A stretch of DNA of 64,000 nucleotides, from assembly GCA_035221665.1 (NCBI GenBank), contig CM069135.1, positions 89,962,001 to 90,026,000 on the forward strand, read 5' to 3'. The notes below the pieces were generated by a model. It saw only the letters and a program-made list of their open reading frames with translations, made no database searches and was not told the DNA's origin. Each line of letters begins with the position of its first letter. Within the stretch, counting starts at the first letter, position 1. A program made the position numbers and the translations under genes. The stretch comes from Okamejei kenojei. Its lineage: Eukaryota. Shown here piece after piece: positions 60,401 through 64,000 of this stretch.

Positions 60401-61760
60401 AATGTATTCAAAAACACGGTGACTTTAAACCCTACATTGAGACAGGATAGAGAGTTGGCAGTTTTGCTATAAAAACATAATTTGGGATGATTTATATCAG
60501 CCTCCAACTAGTGAAAGGGCCACAAAGCAATACACTACTTTCAAAGCAGCCACAGAGCTCAATATGATCAACCAATGAAAAAATGTGTTTTATTTGGGTG
60601 TTGTTATCGCAACCCAATGTTATTCAAAAGAGGATGCTTAAATTGGATGAGGAGATAAGAAGTGTATGTCCCATCTCTCTCTCTAGAATACACAACCATT
60701 ATCCGGCCAATTAACCCTAAAGAAATATTTGGGATGGCTAATCTAGTCTAACTAAGGATAACAATGTTCAAATGTTGGCTTGATCTTCATGTACGAATAA
60801 TTGCAAGGGAATATAATCTCTTCGATCCAATTCCAAAACACGAGTAGTATTTTCACTCATGTAGCCGTGAAAGATCAAGCAATCACATAGAAAAAGTAGA
60901 AAAATCTATGAAACCCATCAATTTGCACTTCTAGAGATAATAGAACCACTTACAGCATTGACTACACTATTGAGCAACCAGGAAATTACTTCGGAAAGGC
61001 AAAAACTAAGCTTTGGAAATAGCCTGTGGAAATCCTTTATCTTCCTACAGCAACAGAACTAGACTCCAGTAGTCCATAATTCTTCCAGATTCCACTGATA
61101 ACCAACTTTTTCTCTATAACCGAGAACATTCAAATGGTCTGTCGTGAATTCATAACAAAAGAGAAATTAGTCTGTCTAACAATATTTCCCATCAAAGCCA
61201 ATAACAGATGCCAGCCTGTTGAACATTTCTGGCATCTGCAGTGTTTTGTTTTTCTAATTGTGAGATTATGAGATTATTATTAAGGCATACGCATTATATG
61301 TGTTCTGATCTGAATCACCAAGTCTGGTCCAATAAAGTAAAATGGTTAAACTGGGGGACATTTTTGTGAACATTTTTCTGAATGCTTAATAAGTAATCAT
61401 ATCGTTTATTGACAAGAATACGTATCAGAAAAGTATCAGAAGAGTGATGTCTTCTTGGATAATCTGTTCGATTCTGATGAGGGAATATGTACCATCTATA
61501 ATTTACAGATAGCACCCAACTCCAACTAAAAACCTGGATCAATTGGGAGTAGTGATTTATTTTAGGATATGAAAATACAAGGAATCAGCAGTGTACACAA
61601 CCGTTTTTTATTTATTGACATTGCAAAGATGAACGCACAATGTTTAGATATTTTTTGAAGATTAGAATGCAGTTTCGAAGACAAATCTTCGTACAGTTTT
61701 AACCATTTTGATATTCTAATTACGTTTTTGCAAAAAAAACATTGGGGCATTTTTACTTAA

Positions 61761-61983
61761 GATAGACACAAAATGCTGGTGTAACCCAACGGGCCAGGCA
61801 GCATCTCTGGAGAAGGAGAGGGGCTGGCGTTTCGGGTCGAGACCCTTCTTCAGACTGAGGAAGGGTCTCGACCCGAAACGTCACCAATTCCCTTTCTCCA
61901 GAGATGCTGCCAGTCCCGCTAAGTTACTCCAGCATTTTGTGCCTATCTTCGGTTTAAACCAGCATCTGCAGTTCCTTCCTGGA
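61761..61983. mobile_element. Best-preserved inverted mini-Penelope insertion (back-to-back hammerhead motifs)
   Basis: Arms of about 93 bp around cttcag-a-ctgagg. TSD catttttacttaa (61748-60) / catttttatttaa (61984-96). Confidence 0.9.
61855..61882 (+). ncRNA. Minimal hammerhead ribozyme motif
   Basis: CUGAGGA-A-GGGUC(UC)GACCC-GAAACGUC. The mirror copy on the - strand (61826-53) ends GAAACGCC, so its UH site is lost. Confidence 0.6.
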
Positions 61984-62478
61984 CATTTTTATTTAACAAC
62001 CAAGTATGCAGCACATTTTAGGTTGCACTTGGGATTCCAGCATCAATATATTTATTTGATACTCTAGGTTCATTATCGTTTATAGTCCATTATTGTTCAG
62101 TTAAAATCAACAGCTAAACAAAAATAAATAATTAGATTTGATTAGTGAGCGATCCAGTACATTTTGGTTTCAAAACTTTCTTTCACCTGAAAATCCATAT
62201 TTGAATTCGGTGGTTCACGAAGTTGTAGATTCAGTTTTTGACATCAACATAAACTCACGTTGAGGAGAAAACGCAATGCTACTTCCACTCCACCACTGAT
62301 GCGATGTAACTGCCCACCAAGAGGCCACCTTTTTAATATTCAAAGCTGAGTACACATCGCTGAGTTCAAGATTAGTTGAAATTCTTGTAAATTAATGGTA
62401 AGTTTTTTTTTCCTAATACTTAGCAGATTGAAATATGATGGTGTATCAGCAAACTGTATGGTCCTCTTTCAAGTTTTT

Positions 62479-62730
62479 GGCGGCCACGGTGGTGCAGCGG
62501 TAGAGTTCCTGAGTTAGAGCGACAACGTCGGAGACCCCTGTTCGATCCTGACTACGGGTGCTTGTCTGTACGGAGTTTGTATGCTCTTACCGCTTGGAGT
62601 TTTTCCGAGACCTTCGGTTTCCTCCCACACTCCAAACACGTACAGGTGTGTAGGTTAATTAGCTTTGTTATAATTAACTTTGTTATAATAGGCCGAAGGG
62701 CCTGTTTCCGCGCTGCATCTCTCAACTAAA
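62479..62730 (+). mobile_element. tRNA-derived V-SINE (HE1-like, internally deleted)
   Basis: ggcggccacggtggtgcagcggtagag...gttcgatcc head, ttcggtttcctcccacactccaaa core, ggccgaagggcctgtttccgcgctg end. Confidence 0.85.
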
Positions 62731-64000
62731 TATTATGTGAGGGTTAGAGAATTGGCTGGCTTAAGAATTGGCTGGTGTAACCCCTTCCTACCTTCTTGTA
62801 CTATTCCAACATCATTACCAATGTTAAACAAGTAGGACGCTTCAAAACCGGGGAATGTTAAATTTGCTTCAAAATTTTGCTTTCATTAAAATAATATAAT
62901 CAATACGTTTGGCTAGGAAAATGTTCTTCCTGCATACAAATTATTCAGTTTAGAAATATTCCCAGCATTATACTTATTAAGCAAGTTTTTTTTTTCTTAC
63001 GTTACTTCGAGGATGGATTCATCATTATTTCAAATACCATTATTCGAATTTGTTAAGTGTATTCAATGACAGGAACGCTACTTAAAATTGACATAACTCC
63101 ACTTATTTGGGTGCCTGGTTAATTTGAAGATTAACTTTATTAATTGCAACCCTGTTTAAAATTTAGCCCCAAATGCCCATTACAAATCACAATTTGTCCC
63201 GCCGTTCCACAATTCGATAACTAATTCCATTCTTTTCCAGAGATGCATTTCTACTAATGTTATTTTTAAAGAATAGTCTATTATACTATTCTGAAGTCTC
63301 AAGACATAGCATGTCCAATCCCTCCACAGATGCTGACTCGCCGAGTTCCTCCAACCCTTTGGTGCTTTGCTCAAGATTCCAGCATCTGAAGTCTCTCGTA
63401 CCTCCGTCCACCCTGGAAAAAAAGGAACCCTTTACATTAGAAACTCAATTGTAAATCTGTCGACACAAGCAGTTTTAATTACAAAAGCTAATGTCTCAGC
63501 CATTCGTTTCGCTGGAAGGCTAATTTTGAAAATAACATTCGATATAAAAACACACCTTGAGAAATAATACAATATTGTGATGCTCTTGTAAAGGACGGTC
63601 ACTGTCCATTGGCCGCAAACCTTGGGAATGCACGCAATGCATGTTCTTACGTGAATCAGGAGGAGAGAACTTGCATTGAATAAAACGAGCCCAGTGTCCC
63701 CAAACTGGCAAACATCACAACCTGCTGCTGCCCAGAGTTGCTGCCTGACCCGTTGAGTTACTCCAAAATTGTCTATTTTGCGAAAAAAACAGAAACTGTG
63801 CCAGATCCACTTCAGATTTCCCACAAATAAAGATAATTAATGATTTATATTGTACGATACGTTAAGCTACTGTAAGTAAGAATTTAATTGTCCCGTAGTC
63901 GATACATATGACAACTGAAGACTCTTGACTTGTCTCTTGTCGATGGGTCTTATTTGTCTTATTTTCTCCTGAGAGCAGAGTGTAGAGATCGCTTTCTTTG

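Noticed and set aside
63640-63725. Minus-strand segment (GCDVCQFGDTGLVLFNASS, then gtaag) loosely resembling an exon of the expected neighbour FBXL4
   Set aside because: Similarity is too weak for a conserved gene, and the putative acceptor lies in a Penelope remnant with no polypyrimidine tract.

Overview
Vertebrate genomic DNA, most likely from a cartilaginous fish (skate/ray; inferred from HE1-type V-SINEs and HER1/CR1-type LINE ends). There is one confident protein-coding gene, the intronless class III POU transcription factor POU3F2/Brn-2 (39710..40879, + strand, 389 aa). It has a CCAAT/X-box CpG-rich promoter, a Gln/His repeat tract and a ~1.9 kb 3'UTR containing a (GT)n tract. The gene lies in a ~17 kb stretch that keeps its CpGs and is almost free of transposons. 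The rest is non-coding: LINE 3' fragments (CR1, RTE, Rex1/Babar, an older L2/CR1-like family), tRNA-derived SINEs, a decayed Penelope-like RT element, palindromic DNA-transposon derivatives, candidate enhancers and three assembly gaps. The most striking signal is a family of roughly 130-270 bp insertions built from Penelope terminal segments, often in inverted pairs and flanked by ~13-14 bp target-site duplications. Several carry a complete minimal type-I hammerhead ribozyme core (CUGANGA-stem II-GAAACGUC). Other notable signals are a 204 bp near-perfect palindrome with two TCF/LEF sites downstream of POU3F2, a hairpin covering the likely poly(A) signal, and an open in-frame 5' leader. Repeat boundaries are approximate. 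All family assignments come from recognising motifs by eye, not from database searches.
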